Assembly (NCBI GenBank): GCA_963741945.1 | Contig: CAVUKA010000001.1 | Coordinates: forward strand, 1,280,001-1,344,000 | DNA length: 64,000 nucleotides | Origin: an uncultured Gemmatimonadales bacterium | GTDB taxonomy: Bacteria > Gemmatimonadota > Gemmatimonadetes > Longimicrobiales > RSA9 | Direction: 5' to 3' | In this document: positions 29,429-39,923 of the stretch, piece after piece | How positions within the stretch are numbered: position 1 is the stretch's first letter | Layout of the letters: each line of letters begins with the position of its first letter | Made by a program: the position numbers and the translations under genes | The notes under the pieces: model-generated | Seen by the model: the letters and a program-made list of their open reading frames with translations, nothing else | Databases searched by the model: none | What the model was told of the DNA's origin: nothing

Positions 29429-30267
29429 TCCGCACCTCCCTCTTCATCCGGCGACGGCGCCGCCGCCGCCCGGGACGTCGCGCCGGCCGTTGCCGGCGGC
29501 GCCACCGGCCCGGCGACCCCGGCACCGTACTGCTGCGCCATGTAGCGGGTCAGCACAGGGTCGAGCGCCTCGAGACGGTCATTGATGATCCGGATCACCG
29601 CGCGCGACGAGATGGTCGCTCCCGTGATCATATCCACTTCATTGTCCTTCCCCTCCCCGGCTCCCTCCTTCACGCCCCGGATCGGGCCGGTGACGTTGTC
29701 GAACCCGGCAATGAACTTCTGGTCCTTCGTGATCTTGTCGCCGAGCCCCGGCGTCTCCTTGCTGTCGAGCACGCGCATCCCCAGCACCTGTTTGGTCACG
29801 GGGTCGTAGCCGAAGATCAGCTGGATCACGTCCTGGAATCCCGGCTCCGCGCCCTGCACCGCGAAGCCGACTGGTCGGTCCTGCGCATTGAAGCCGAGGA
29901 ACACCTTCTCGGCGGTGATCGTGTCGATGCCCGCTGGCGGCGTGGGCGAGAGCCCGTCGCCCACCACGTACAGGGATTGCACGTGGTCCGGTTCCGCCAG
30001 CACCTCGGCCACGGCCGCCGCGGTCACCTGCGCCTTGTGCTCCAGGATCTGCGGCTCCGCCCACTGGAACACGCCCACAATGAGCAGCCCCGCCAACGCG
30101 CCGGCCACGGCCAGCGTGCTGATCAGCCGCCACGAGGGCACGTCCGCCGCCGGCGGGTGCGGCCCCCCATCGGTCTCGAAGGCCGGCCCCGTGTCCGCGC
30201 CCTCCTCATCGCCCCGGAACGCCTGCTCGGGCGTCACCGGCAACTCCCGCTTCCCGTCGTCGCTCAT
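29425..30267 (-). CDS. rnfG: Rnf complex subunit G
   Basis: ETPGLG, FMN motif ITGATISS. Confidence 0.9.
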   Translation of the reverse strand: MSDDGKRELPVTPEQAFRGDEEGADTGPAFETDGGPHPPAADVPSWRLISTLAVAGALAGLLIVGVFQWAEPQILEHKAQVTAAAVAEVLAEPDHVQSLYVVGDGLSPTPPAGIDTITAEKVFLGFNAQDRPVGFAVQGAEPGFQDVIQLIFGYDPVTKQVLGMRVLDSKETPGLGDKITKDQKFIAGFDNVTGPIRGVKEGAGEGKDNEVDMITGATISSRAVIRIINDRLEALDPVLTRYMAQQYGAGVAGPVAPPATAGATSRAAAAPSPDEEGGAE

Positions 30268-31337
30268 GCCGCCCCCATCTTCCCGGCCCGGCTGCGAGCC
30301 GTCCCGAACACCCGCGGCCGCGTGGCGCGCTCGATGAACGGCACCAGCGAGTTCATGAGCAGAATCGAGTACATCACGCCTTCCGGCAGCCCGCCCCAGA
30401 TCCGGATGACCACGACGAGGGCGCCGATCCCGAACGCGAAGATCCAGGATCCCGCGTGCGTCACCGGCGAAGTCACCATGTCCGTGGCCATGTAGACGGC
30501 GCCCAGCATCAAGCCTCCACTGAACAGCATGAACAGCGGCCCGGGGTACGACGGGTTGATGGTGTGCAGGATCCCGGAGAGGACGGCCACGGTGGCGAAG
30601 ATCCCGGCCGGAATCCGCCAGTTCAGGTAGTTCCTCGCCGCCAGGTACGCCCCGCCCAGCAGAATCAGGATCGCCGACGTCTCACCGATCGATCCGCCCA
30701 CGTTCCCCACCAGGAGATGCCACAGCGCAGTGCCGTGTCCCTCGAACTTCATGAGCCCCAGCGGCGTGGCCTCGGTCACCACGTCGACGGGGCCGGAGGT
30801 CATCAACGGCGACGCGAACAGGTCACCCCTCAGCTGGAGCCAGCTCCCCGCCGCGCTGCGCACGGACGGCCACGTGGTGATGGCCGTGGGGAACGCAGCC
30901 TGCAGGAATGCCCGCCCCAGAAGAGCGGGGTTGAAGATGTTCTGGCCCAGGCCCCCGAAGATCAGCTTTCCGAAGCCGATCCCGAACACGCCGCCCACGA
31001 ATGCCATCCAGAGTGGGAACCCCGGCGGGAGCGTCAGTCCCAGGAGCAGCCCCGTGATGGCGGCCGAGCCATCGCGCAGGGCGCCGCCCCGCCCGAAGAT
31101 CCGCTCGGTGGCCATCGCGCCCAGCGTGCTCGCGGCCACCACGAGGAGCGCGCCCACGCCGAAGAAATACGTGGCCGCGCCCAGGACCGGGATCAGCGTG
31201 GCCACCACCGACCACATGATCCTCGCCGTGGAGTCCTGCGCGTGCAGATGCGGTGAAGCCATCAGCCGCAGGTCCGGCGACTCCGGCCCCGGCACCCCGC
31301 TCTGCCGCTCCCACCCCGTCCCGCGCCAGCCGCTCAT
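30264..31337 (-). CDS. rnfD: Rnf complex subunit D
   Basis: SPH, FGGLGQNIFNPA, TEATPL, MATDMVTSP. Confidence 0.93.
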   Translation of the reverse strand: MSGWRGTGWERQSGVPGPESPDLRLMASPHLHAQDSTARIMWSVVATLIPVLGAATYFFGVGALLVVAASTLGAMATERIFGRGGALRDGSAAITGLLLGLTLPPGFPLWMAFVGGVFGIGFGKLIFGGLGQNIFNPALLGRAFLQAAFPTAITTWPSVRSAAGSWLQLRGDLFASPLMTSGPVDVVTEATPLGLMKFEGHGTALWHLLVGNVGGSIGETSAILILLGGAYLAARNYLNWRIPAGIFATVAVLSGILHTINPSYPGPLFMLFSGGLMLGAVYMATDMVTSPVTHAGSWIFAFGIGALVVVIRIWGGLPEGVMYSILLMNSLVPFIERATRPRVFGTARSRAGKMGAA

Positions 31338-32836
31338 GCGTGCACCTCCGCCCCCCGCACCTCGAGCTCCGCCTCGGCTCGCGCTCTCTCCTCCGCTTCG
31401 ACCCTCTCCGTCTCCCTCTCCTGCTCCGCTTCCTTCTCCTTCTTCCGCTGCTGCATCCGCCGCAGCCCGCTCTTTCCGAGCGCGAACATCTGCGACAGCG
31501 GGATGTTGGACGGGCAGACGTAGGAGCAGGAGCCGCAGAGCATGCAGTCCATCAGGTGGGCGGTTTCCGCCATCTCGTCATACAGTCCGAGCTGCGCCAG
31601 CTGACCGAGCTGCTGCGGGTTCAGGAATACGGGGCACGCCTCGAGGCAGCGTCCGCAATGAATGCACGGGTTCGGCGCCGGCCGCGCCGACTCCGATTCC
31701 GTGAGCACCACGATCCCGGACGTCCCCTTGAGCACCGGCACGTCCAGGTCCGCCTGCGGCAGACCCATCATCGGGCCGCCGAAGATGATCTCGGTGGCGT
31801 CATCGGTGAGCCCGCCGCAGAACTCGATGACGTCGCGCAGCTTGGTGCCGACGGGAATGATCAGGTTGCGCGGGGTGCGGATTCCCGGCCCCGTCACGGT
31901 GACGATCCGCTCGATCAGCGGGTATCCTGTCTCGAAGACTTCCGCGATCGCGGCGATGGAGCCCACGTTCTGCACCACCGCGCCCACGTGCATCGGGAGC
32001 TTGCCCGATGGTACTTCCCGCCCCGTCACGGCCTTGATCAGCATCTTCTCGGCGCCCTGCGGGTACTTCACCGTGAGGCCGATGACCTCGATGTCCAGGT
32101 CGGCCGGAATGGTGTCCCGCAGACGGGCAATGGCATCGGGCTTGTTCTTCTCCACCCCGATCACCGTCCGGGTGACGCCGAGGCACTGCATCATGACCCG
32201 GATCCCGAAGTGCACGCGCTCGGGATACTCCACCATGACCCGGTGATCGCTGGTCAGGTACGGCTCACACTCGGCGCCGTTGATCAGCAGCAGCTCGACC
32301 GGCGCCTCCTCCGGCGGATTCAGCTTGACGTGGGTGGGGAACGCGGCGCCGCCGAGCCCCACCACGCCCGCGCCCTGCACTGCCTTCCGGACCTGGTCGG
32401 GCGTCAGCCCCTGCCACTCGGGCACCAGGCGGGGCCGCGGCAGCTGGGCATTGAAACGGTCCACCTCGATCCGGATGGCCGTATCCATGCTCCCGTCCGG
32501 ATGCGGCCACCAGCCAATGGAGCGGACCACCCCGGCGGCCGGCGCGTGCTGCGGAACGGAGACGTATCCGTCCGCCACCGCCACGACATCCCCGCGCTCG
32601 ACGTGGTCCCCCACCTTCACGATCGGCTTCGATGGCTTGCCCGTGTGCTGGCGCAGCGGGAGCACCACCTCTTCGGGGAACGGCATGCGCCGGATCGGCT
32701 TGTCCGAAGTCTGCTCCTTCGAGCCCGGCGGGTGTACGCCGTGGCGGAAGCTGGGACCGAAGAGCAGCTCCGAGAGCGAGCGACCCCTGGTGCGTCCCCC
32801 TCCGTTCGTCGGCTTTTCCATCGCTTCGGTTGCCAT
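31334..32836 (-). CDS. rnfC: Rnf complex subunit C
   Basis: GLGGAAFPTHVK, NGAECEPYL, YPQGAEK, CIHCGRC, CMLCGSC. Confidence 0.94.
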   Translation of the reverse strand: MATEAMEKPTNGGGRTRGRSLSELLFGPSFRHGVHPPGSKEQTSDKPIRRMPFPEEVVLPLRQHTGKPSKPIVKVGDHVERGDVVAVADGYVSVPQHAPAAGVVRSIGWWPHPDGSMDTAIRIEVDRFNAQLPRPRLVPEWQGLTPDQVRKAVQGAGVVGLGGAAFPTHVKLNPPEEAPVELLLINGAECEPYLTSDHRVMVEYPERVHFGIRVMMQCLGVTRTVIGVEKNKPDAIARLRDTIPADLDIEVIGLTVKYPQGAEKMLIKAVTGREVPSGKLPMHVGAVVQNVGSIAAIAEVFETGYPLIERIVTVTGPGIRTPRNLIIPVGTKLRDVIEFCGGLTDDATEIIFGGPMMGLPQADLDVPVLKGTSGIVVLTESESARPAPNPCIHCGRCLEACPVFLNPQQLGQLAQLGLYDEMAETAHLMDCMLCGSCSYVCPSNIPLSQMFALGKSGLRRMQQRKKEKEAEQERETERVEAEERARAEAELEVRGAEVHA

Positions 32837-32951
32837 CAGTAGCTCGCGTTGATGCCGCTCGCGTATGCCCGGCTGCGCCGTGTCTCTGCCGCGTCCGGCT
32901 GCGTCCTGCCCGCCCCCCCGCTCCCCTGCGCCACGCCCCTGCGGCCCGTCA

Positions 32952-35900
32952 TCAGTTGAACGGCTCCGCCCGCTTCACCCATTTCTCCAGGTCCTTCTCC
33001 TTCTTGTTGAGCGGCGTCCCCGGATGGATGATCGCGGCGGGGCAGCGTTCGGCGGCCTTGACCAGCTCGGCGAACGTCCCTGCCTTCGCATCGGCGATGA
33101 AGGCCTGCTTCTGATCGTTGTACTTGAACATCCGGTTGTTCAGGTTCGTGCACTCGTTGCACGAGGTGCAGCGCGCCGTTTCGATGTACGGCTCCATGGC
33201 CAGGCCATCCTCTTCCTCCTCGGCCGGCTCCGGCTTCGCCGCGTCGGCCGCCTTCGCCGGCGCAGCCGCCTCGGCCACGGCGGGCTTCTCGGCCACGGCC
33301 ACACCACCGCCATCGCCGTTCACCGGCTTCGACGGTCCGATCCCGAGGCCGCCCACGTCCGCGCCAATGGGCTGGAGCCCCGGCGTGGTCTCGGCCGTGC
33401 GCAGCAGGTCGGCCACGGTGCGCCCGCCATTCCCGGATCGGACCAGCCCTTCCGCCAGGCGGCGTGCGATGATCCGCGGGTACGAGGCCTTCATCTCCTC
33501 GAGCTTCGCCTCGAACTCCTCGCGGGCGGCGGCCACCTTCGACTCGAGTTCGGCCTCCATCTCGCTGCCGATCTCGTCCCGGACCCAGTCCGGCACTTCC
33601 AGTCCGGCCATTTCCTTGAGCTGGTGCCAGAACAGGAGCCGCTCCTCGGCCAGATGGACGATCTCGCGGGAGACCCGGACGCGCCGGAGCTTGCGGTCGT
33701 CGGCCACGGTGTGGATGAACGCCGTCTTCCCTTCCCGCTCCTCCGCGTCCAGTGCCACGAACTCGTGGAACGGGACCATGTCCTCATTCCAATCCGATTC
33801 CGGCACCGGCTTGAAGTGTTTCTTGAAGCGCGTCTCCGTGGCCGCCCAGTCCGCGATCGTGACGGGCAGCTCCAGCGTCTGCTCCGCCCCATCGTCGTCC
33901 AGGTACTTCAGCTCGTACGTCGGCCACACCTCGCTCACCGAAGGATTGCCCTCCAGGCTGAGGCACTCGGCAATGGAGCGGCCCGCGTCCGGGTCGTACG
34001 TGAGGAAGGGGAACGCGCGGCTCTCCAGCGCCAGCTTGGCCGCCGTGGGCGCCCACTCGTCCGGGAGCCCGTGCTCCACCGGGCAGGGCCCGTAGATGTT
34101 GATCACGGCCGGCCGCCGCGTCTTCAGCGCCTTGATCACGCCGCCGATCATGTGCGCGGCCGACGCCTGCGACGTCTGGTGGACGAACGCGCCGCGGTGC
34201 GCCATGGCGATGTAGGCCAGCTCCTTGCGCACCTCCGTCTTCCCGTGCACCGCCCGGCCATACGGGCTCATGTCGGCCGACTGCCCGGTGTAGGTGCCGG
34301 TGCTCGCCTGGCCGCCCGTGTTCGAGTAGACCTGCGTGTCCAGCACCACCACGCGGATCGGCTTTCCGCTGGCCAGCAGACGGGACAGGTTCTGGAAGCC
34401 GATGTCGAGCATGGCGCCGTCGCCCCCGATCGCCAGGATGGGCGGCACCAGGTTGAACTCCTCCTCCGTGAACTGGCTCCAGTCGAAGCCCGTGAAGAAC
34501 GGCTCGTCCCGCTCCGGCAGGTAGCTCCCTTCCAGAAGCTTCTCCGCACGGCGCACCGTAACGAAGTTGTCGGCCATCTTCCGCATGTGCCCCTCGAAGA
34601 TGCCGATGGCGATGGAAGGCGCGTCCTGGAACAGGTGGTTGACCCAGGGGAAGGGATACGGGTTGTACGGGTACGTGCTCCCCCACACACTGGAGCAGCC
34701 GGTGGAGTTGGTGATGCCCGCCGCCGCGCGGCCCCGCCCGCTCGGGCCCTCCTCGTAGCGCCACTTCAGGTCCTTCAGCCCCTTGATGGCCGTGGCCAGG
34801 TGCGCCAGCTCTTCGTGGTTCGCGTCGCTCATCGGCACGTCCACGCGCGCGCCCTCGGCCACGGCGACGAGGTCGAGGTCCGCGTCGCTCGAGAGCAGGC
34901 CCCGCGCCTTCGCGTCCAGCCCGGCGATCAATCCATCGAGACGCTCGACCAGCCTGGCCACGCGCGGCTGCATGAGCGCTTCGATCGTGGACGTGATCAG
35001 GTGCACCGTGGTCTTCTCGCCACACCCCATGCACGCGCCGTCGCCGCCCACCATGCTGCGGTACGTGTCCTTCTTCAGGAGCAGGGTCGGCAGCACGCCG
35101 ATCCCCTCCTCCAGGTCGCGCACGTTGATGTAGCGGTCATCCGTGTCCGGGAGCTCCTTCCAGAACGCCCAGTTCTTGCGCAGCGTCTCCACCACCTCGT
35201 CGTCCTGCTTGATGGTGGTCAGCGCACCGTCCGCGCAGACGTCGACACAGATGTTGCAGCCCTTGCACGCTTCCGGGTTGACCGTGATGGAGAGCAGTCC
35301 GCCGCTCCCCTTCTCCTTCCCCTCCGGCACGTCCCAGAACGGCTGGGTCTTCGCCAGCGGGAACTGCGCGAGGACCGGATAGACGGCTGCGAAATCGTCA
35401 TCCAGCTCCTGCCGCCGCTCCGGCTCCCAGTTCAGCTTCGGGACCAGGTTCTTGTACGCCGCGCTCAGCACGTCGCCGAAGTTCTTGAACGGCACGCCCT
35501 CGATCACCTTCCGCGCTTCCTTCGACAGGTGCTTCGAGACCTGCCGGATGCGGTCGAGGGAGCGCCCGTTCTGCGCCGTGCGGATGGCCGTGTCCAGCAG
35601 GTCCTCCACGCTGTTCACCAGCCCCGGGATCGCGGCGTCCGGACATTGCGTCCAGCACTGCGCGCACCCGGTGCACTTCGCCGCATTGAAATCCGGCACC
35701 TCGAACCGGATGTTGGTCATGTCCCGGATCACGCTCGTGGCGGCCGGGATCGCGCTCATCGCCGCGTACGGATCGGCGATCGGCTCCTCGCCCGCGCTGT
35801 AGAGCGAGCACACCTGTTCGAAGAAGCGGCCCGGGTTGCCGATCCCGATCTGGGCGGCCGGGACGTCCAGCGAGTCGGGCACGCCGGCGACGGGGAGCGC

Positions 35901-38087
35901 CACCTGCTTCGCCTCCCCCTCCACCGCCTGCGGCACCACTTCCTTCACCTCGTCGTAGCCCCGGCGGATCACGCGCACGTTGTCCTGCACCACGCGATCG
36001 CCCAGCTTGCCGAACTTCCGGCGCATCTGGTCCTCGATACCGGCGAACAGCGTCGCTTCATCGAGGCCTTCGCGCTCGGCCAGGGGGGAGACCCGGAAGA
36101 AGGCGCCCATGAACGCCGCGCCCTGCATCCGGTAGCGTAGCTCCGGATCGCTCGCCTCCTCGCTCGCGATGGCGAAGCCACTGAGCGCGTACACCTTGAT
36201 CCCCTGCGCCTGGATGAACCGCTTCGCGTCGGACGGGAAGTTCTCCCACAGCTCTTCCGGCGAGAGGTCGGTCTGGATCACGAACACGCCCCCGCGGCTC
36301 AGCCCGGCCAGCGGGTTGGAGTGGCGGAAGACGTTGGGATCCGGCGACAGCACCACGTCCACGTTCTTGAGCTCGGCGTTGATCTTCACCGGATCGCGGC
36401 TGAGCGTGGCGTAGAACGTGGTGGGCTGCCCCTTCTTCTCGGAGCCGTACTTCGGGTTCGCCTTCACGTGCAGGCCCGCCAGCTCGAACGCCGTGAGCGC
36501 CACGTTCTTGCCCATGGTGATGGCGCCCCACCCGCCCACCGAGTGGATCCGCAGCGCGGTCGACCCTTCGGGGAGCAGGTTCAGGTCCTTCACCGGCGCC
36601 AGCGCCAGCTCCGGCAGCTTCGGGTACGCCTCGACCAGCTGTTCCTGCCAGATCTCCAGCTTCGGCAGGCGAGTGCCCTTCCGGACGAAGTCGATGCCCA
36701 GGTAGTACTGCCGCCGCCCGGCGCCACCCTCCACCATGTTCTCCACCGCGGCCACCAGGTCGCCGGGCTGAAGGTCGCGGCTGCCGAAGCCGAAGCCGCC
36801 GCTGTAGAAGTCCGGCACCTGGTCCGGCGCGATCGGCGGAATCCCCTCGTGCGGCAGCCTGACCGTGAGGTTCTCCGGGAGCGGATACCGCGGCGGCGCA
36901 GGCTTGCCCGCCCGGGCGGCGCGGCCGTTCTCCATGGCCTTCGACATGGCGGCGCGGATCTCGCGCAGCAGCGGCGGGTCGACGGCCAGCGGCTGATCGA
37001 CGCGCTCCAGCACGGCCACACCCTTCTTCCCCGCCAGCGCCTGGGCCACCAGGTCCGCGGGGAAGGGGCGGAACATGACCATGTCCAGCACGCCGACCTT
37101 GAGTCCGCGCTTCTCGCGGAGGTAGTCGGCCACGGCCTCGGCGTTGGTGACCACGGAGCCCTGCCCGAGCAGGACGTACTCGGCATCCTCGAGCCGGTAG
37201 CCGAGCACGGGGGCGTAGCGCCTGCCGGTGAGCCCGGCGAACTCCTCCATCGCCCGCTCCGTCAGCTCGCGCACATGGTCGAAGTAGAACGGCCGCTGCG
37301 CCGCCACGCCCTGGGCGTAGCTGTCCTGGTTCTGCACGGTGCCCAGCATGGCCGGGTAGTCCACGTCGAACAGCTCGGGAATGCGACGACGCCTCTCGCC
37401 GAACACCATCCGCTGCGCCGGTGTGGGCGAGTCGATCCTGTCCGACGGGTCGCCCAGGTACTCCCGCACCAGGTCCCGCTCCGGCATCCGCACGGTCTCG
37501 ATCACGTGGCTCGTCAGGAAGCCATCCTGCGCCACGAGCCCCGGATTCAGCGCCAGCTCGGCAATACGATGCGCGATCAGGTTCAGGTCCGCCGCGCTCT
37601 GCACGTCCTTCGCGAACAGCTGAAAGAAGCCCGTGTCGTCCACCGCGTGGTAGTCATCGTGACCGGCGTGCACGTTGAGCGCCTGCTTCGTCATGGCGCG
37701 CGCGGCCACGTTCAGCACGTACGTGAGCCGCTTCCCGGCGGCCGCGTACAGGCTCTCGTGCATGTACGCGATCCCCTGGCCGCTGGAGAAGTTGGTGGCC
37801 CGCAGCCCCACCATGCTCATCCCGGCGGTCACGCCGGCGGCCGCGTGCTCGCCCTCCGGCTCGAAGAACAGCAGCCGACGACCGTTCACGTTGGTCGCGC
37901 CCTGCGACACGGCCAGCGCCCAACCCTCCCCCATCTGCGTGGAGGGCGTGATCGGGTACGCGCCGGCCGCCTCGCTGCCCGCGGTTTCCATCTCGACGAT
38001 GGCGGTGCTGCCGTCGATGGCTTCCGGGTTCCCCGGGAAACGGGGCTCGTCGGCCGTCACCGGCTTCTTGCTGAACGGGATCTTCAT
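32952..38087 (-). CDS. Large single-chain pyruvate/2-oxoacid:ferredoxin oxidoreductase (1711 aa) with extra C-terminal ferredoxin
   Basis: YPITPS, GACMGCGE, STGCSSVWG, GGDGAMLDIG, YSNTGGQ; terminal CTSCNEC..CP. Confidence 0.9.
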   Translation of the reverse strand: MKIPFSKKPVTADEPRFPGNPEAIDGSTAIVEMETAGSEAAGAYPITPSTQMGEGWALAVSQGATNVNGRRLLFFEPEGEHAAAGVTAGMSMVGLRATNFSSGQGIAYMHESLYAAAGKRLTYVLNVAARAMTKQALNVHAGHDDYHAVDDTGFFQLFAKDVQSAADLNLIAHRIAELALNPGLVAQDGFLTSHVIETVRMPERDLVREYLGDPSDRIDSPTPAQRMVFGERRRRIPELFDVDYPAMLGTVQNQDSYAQGVAAQRPFYFDHVRELTERAMEEFAGLTGRRYAPVLGYRLEDAEYVLLGQGSVVTNAEAVADYLREKRGLKVGVLDMVMFRPFPADLVAQALAGKKGVAVLERVDQPLAVDPPLLREIRAAMSKAMENGRAARAGKPAPPRYPLPENLTVRLPHEGIPPIAPDQVPDFYSGGFGFGSRDLQPGDLVAAVENMVEGGAGRRQYYLGIDFVRKGTRLPKLEIWQEQLVEAYPKLPELALAPVKDLNLLPEGSTALRIHSVGGWGAITMGKNVALTAFELAGLHVKANPKYGSEKKGQPTTFYATLSRDPVKINAELKNVDVVLSPDPNVFRHSNPLAGLSRGGVFVIQTDLSPEELWENFPSDAKRFIQAQGIKVYALSGFAIASEEASDPELRYRMQGAAFMGAFFRVSPLAEREGLDEATLFAGIEDQMRRKFGKLGDRVVQDNVRVIRRGYDEVKEVVPQAVEGEAKQVALPVAGVPDSLDVPAAQIGIGNPGRFFEQVCSLYSAGEEPIADPYAAMSAIPAATSVIRDMTNIRFEVPDFNAAKCTGCAQCWTQCPDAAIPGLVNSVEDLLDTAIRTAQNGRSLDRIRQVSKHLSKEARKVIEGVPFKNFGDVLSAAYKNLVPKLNWEPERRQELDDDFAAVYPVLAQFPLAKTQPFWDVPEGKEKGSGGLLSITVNPEACKGCNICVDVCADGALTTIKQDDEVVETLRKNWAFWKELPDTDDRYINVRDLEEGIGVLPTLLLKKDTYRSMVGGDGACMGCGEKTTVHLITSTIEALMQPRVARLVERLDGLIAGLDAKARGLLSSDADLDLVAVAEGARVDVPMSDANHEELAHLATAIKGLKDLKWRYEEGPSGRGRAAAGITNSTGCSSVWGSTYPYNPYPFPWVNHLFQDAPSIAIGIFEGHMRKMADNFVTVRRAEKLLEGSYLPERDEPFFTGFDWSQFTEEEFNLVPPILAIGGDGAMLDIGFQNLSRLLASGKPIRVVVLDTQVYSNTGGQASTGTYTGQSADMSPYGRAVHGKTEVRKELAYIAMAHRGAFVHQTSQASAAHMIGGVIKALKTRRPAVINIYGPCPVEHGLPDEWAPTAAKLALESRAFPFLTYDPDAGRSIAECLSLEGNPSVSEVWPTYELKYLDDDGAEQTLELPVTIADWAATETRFKKHFKPVPESDWNEDMVPFHEFVALDAEEREGKTAFIHTVADDRKLRRVRVSREIVHLAEERLLFWHQLKEMAGLEVPDWVRDEIGSEMEAELESKVAAAREEFEAKLEEMKASYPRIIARRLAEGLVRSGNGGRTVADLLRTAETTPGLQPIGADVGGLGIGPSKPVNGDGGGVAVAEKPAVAEAAAPAKAADAAKPEPAEEEEDGLAMEPYIETARCTSCNECTNLNNRMFKYNDQKQAFIADAKAGTFAELVKAAERCPAAIIHPGTPLNKKEKDLEKWVKRAEPFN

Positions 38088-38929
38088 CGGATGCTCCCTG
38101 CGACAGTGGGCTCGCGAAACTGCGCGCCCTCGACCCACACGATCGCGCCGGTAGGACACCGCGCGGTTGCGTTCTCTGTTTCCAGCTCGGCCTTGGATTC
38201 GTCGATCACGGCAAGACCGTTCTTCATTGTGATCAGATCATCGGGCGCGTCGGCGGCGCAGCGGCCGCACGCGTTGCACGCCACGGCGCACAGCTCCGTG
38301 GCATCGTCGCCCTCCAGCAGGCTCCTGCACTGCACGAGCAGGTGGTTGTCCAGCGGCAGGATCGTGAACAGGCCCAGCGGGCACGCGTCCACGCAGTCGC
38401 CGCACGCGGTGCACAGCTCCACGTCCACCACCGGCAGGCCCTGCTCGTTCATGACGATGGCGTCGAAGTCGCAGGCGACGGCGCAGTCGGACAGTCCGAC
38501 GCACCCCCACGCGCAACCCTTGCCCCCGCCTCCGACGGCCACCGCCGCCGCGCAGCTCTGGACGCCGTAGTAATCCGCGCGCCGCACCGCCACGTCGTTT
38601 CCGCCCGCGCACAGCAGCCGCGCCACGCGCTTCTCCGCCTGCCCCGCGTCCACGCCCAGGTAGCTCGCCACCTCCTGGCGCTGGTCCTCCCCCATCACCG
38701 TGCACTGCGCCGGCGTGATGTCGCCGTTGATGACGGACTGGGCGAACGCGCGGCAGCCGGCCTGGCCGCAGGCGCCGCAGTTCGAGCCGGGGAGCAGCCC
38801 CTCCACATCATCGATGCGCGGGTCCTCCCAGACTTTCAGCTTCTTGTTCGCCAGCGCGATGAGCGTCCCGAACGTGAGACCGACGCCGCCCACGATCGCG
38901 GCCGATCCGAGGATCGGTGACAGGAGCAT
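38084..38929 (-). CDS. rnfB: Rnf complex subunit B
   Basis: TM anchor, LPGSNCGACG..GC, further Fe-S motifs. Confidence 0.92.
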   Translation of the reverse strand: MLLSPILGSAAIVGGVGLTFGTLIALANKKLKVWEDPRIDDVEGLLPGSNCGACGQAGCRAFAQSVINGDITPAQCTVMGEDQRQEVASYLGVDAGQAEKRVARLLCAGGNDVAVRRADYYGVQSCAAAVAVGGGGKGCAWGCVGLSDCAVACDFDAIVMNEQGLPVVDVELCTACGDCVDACPLGLFTILPLDNHLLVQCRSLLEGDDATELCAVACNACGRCAADAPDDLITMKNGLAVIDESKAELETENATARCPTGAIVWVEGAQFREPTVAGSIR

Positions 38930-38933
38930 CGGA

Positions 38934-39923
38934 TCAGGCCTCCCCCGGCGCCGGCACGTTCGCCTGCCGGAGCAGCCAGGCGGCCAGCATGTCCGTCGGG
39001 TCCACCGCCTCGCCCGGTGCCGTGGCGGCCGCCACCACGCGCCCCGCCGCCGCACCATCGAGCAGCTGCAGCAGAGCCAGGTCGGCCTCCTGGCGCGACG
39101 CGCTCATCGAGCCCAGTGCCTGGGGCGCTTCCTCCGGCACCGACTCCAGCTGGAGCGAACCGACGCCATCCACGGCGTCACCGTCGTAATGGAAGAGGGC
39201 CGCGCCCTCGGGCACCACGCTGACGGCGATGGGGCCATCGACCTTCGCCATCAGGTCGAGCACGCCCGCATCCGCGCCCTGCGCCACGACCACTCCGGGC
39301 GCGACCAGCCGGGCCATGGCCGCGGGCGGCGCCGGCTTCCTCACCAGCAGCACCAGCGCCTGCCCCCCATCCAGGTAATCGGCCAGCCCGGCCGGCCGGA
39401 AGTCGGCGCCGTCCACGTCCACCACCAGCGGCGGCGCCACGGTCCGCTCGGCCCGGTTCCACCGCTCCGGCCCGAAGCCGCCGGCGTAGTCGGGACCCTT
39501 GAGCCCGGCCCGCGCGTTCTCCACGGCCCGCCCTGCGCCGAACGCACGTCCTGCCTTCGCCAGCGCAGTGCGCACGGCGTCACGCAGGTCCGCGCCGGAC
39601 GCCACGCGCACGTAATGCAGGGCGTCGCCCGCCTCCAGCACGTCCGTGAGCGCCGCCAGCGCGGCCTCGATCCGCTCCACGGCCTCCGCGTCCAGCATCT
39701 CCTGCTCGCCGAACACCGCCGCGAACCGCTCCGCGTCGATCCGGCCGCTGGCGAATGCGCCCAGCTCGGCGGCCACCTGCGCCGCCTTCCCGTCGGTGGG
39801 CGCCTTGTGCGCCGTCAGCAGGCTCCGGACTTCGTCCACCGCCGTGGCCACCGCGGAGTGGAAAGCCTCTCGCCGGGAAGCGAGCGCCTCCAGAGCGCTC
39901 CGCCTCAGGTCGTCATACGGCAT
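38934..39923 (-). CDS. Cys-free protein resembling a degenerate PFOR TPP-binding domain
   Basis: Coupled between korB and rnfB; by-eye similarity to the C-terminal part of the neighbouring PFOR. Confidence 0.7.
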   Translation of the reverse strand: MPYDDLRRSALEALASRREAFHSAVATAVDEVRSLLTAHKAPTDGKAAQVAAELGAFASGRIDAERFAAVFGEQEMLDAEAVERIEAALAALTDVLEAGDALHYVRVASGADLRDAVRTALAKAGRAFGAGRAVENARAGLKGPDYAGGFGPERWNRAERTVAPPLVVDVDGADFRPAGLADYLDGGQALVLLVRKPAPPAAMARLVAPGVVVAQGADAGVLDLMAKVDGPIAVSVVPEGAALFHYDGDAVDGVGSLQLESVPEEAPQALGSMSASRQEADLALLQLLDGAAAGRVVAAATAPGEAVDPTDMLAAWLLRQANVPAPGEA

